NCBI RefSeq assembly: GCF_001186125.1
Contig: NW_014040531.1
Coordinates: 82,469-102,468 of the forward strand
Direction: 5' to 3'
From: Sphaeroforma arctica JP610
Lineage: Eukaryota
DNA: 20,000 nucleotides
Below are positions 19,647-20,000 of the stretch, piece after piece; the stretch's first letter is position 1, and every line of letters begins with the position of its first letter. Below the pieces are notes generated by a model. That model did no database searches, had not been told where the DNA came from, and was given only the letters and a program-made list of their open reading frames with translations. The position numbers were made by a program, and so were the translations under genes.

Positions 19647-19966
19647 GTACGTAGGTTTCAATTGATGTGCACTTCGAAACTTATTTACCGAATATATGCA
19701 TGATAGGATGATATAATCACGATTAATGATATCTCCTCCTATACTTCTGATAGTTAATAATTTGTGCCTGTAGATTTCTTATTCTTGCATGCGTGTACTT
19801 CGTAGCTCGTTTCGTTGACATTACTTTTGTCGCGAAAATCGGTGCGATCATTGTCGCTGGTATTTTGCATCGTGTACATGTATTCTTTGTGTTGCAAGTA
19901 CCGCATATTAATGTCGTATGGATTGAATTATATGTGCAAATGTGCGATGAATGCGAAAAAGCATAA

Positions 19967-19967
<1 letters not shown>

Positions 19968-20000
<33 letters not shown>
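19968..20000. repeat. Start of another (CA)n(TA)n tract, running off the right edge
   Basis: Seen directly. Confidence 0.9.

Overview
Eukaryotic, intron-rich, microsatellite-rich DNA from a draft assembly with an N gap at 18159-18187. The proteins are animal-like but divergent, so a unicellular holozoan such as an ichthyosporean is plausible; this is an unverified inference. Most of the window is a minus-strand SF3B1 gene (U2 snRNP SF3b155/Hsh155). I traced 23 GT-AG exons with consistent phases from the ATG at 18792 down to 318 (3660 coding nt, 1220 codons); the remaining C-terminal coding sequence lies off the left edge. A plus-strand THOC1/Hpr1 gene starts head-to-head at 19426, but its exons 2-5 (16220-18046) sit upstream of exon 1, inside SF3B1 intron 1, between two long (TA)n tracts. 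This is most likely a scaffolding error, less likely a real rearrangement. The most unusual signal is that many introns of both genes contain decayed, insertion-riddled 'echoes' of their own flanking coding exons, often running across the spliced exon-exon junction with no intron. Several intronic minisatellites are also present, and one triplicates a branch point plus 3' splice site of SF3B1.
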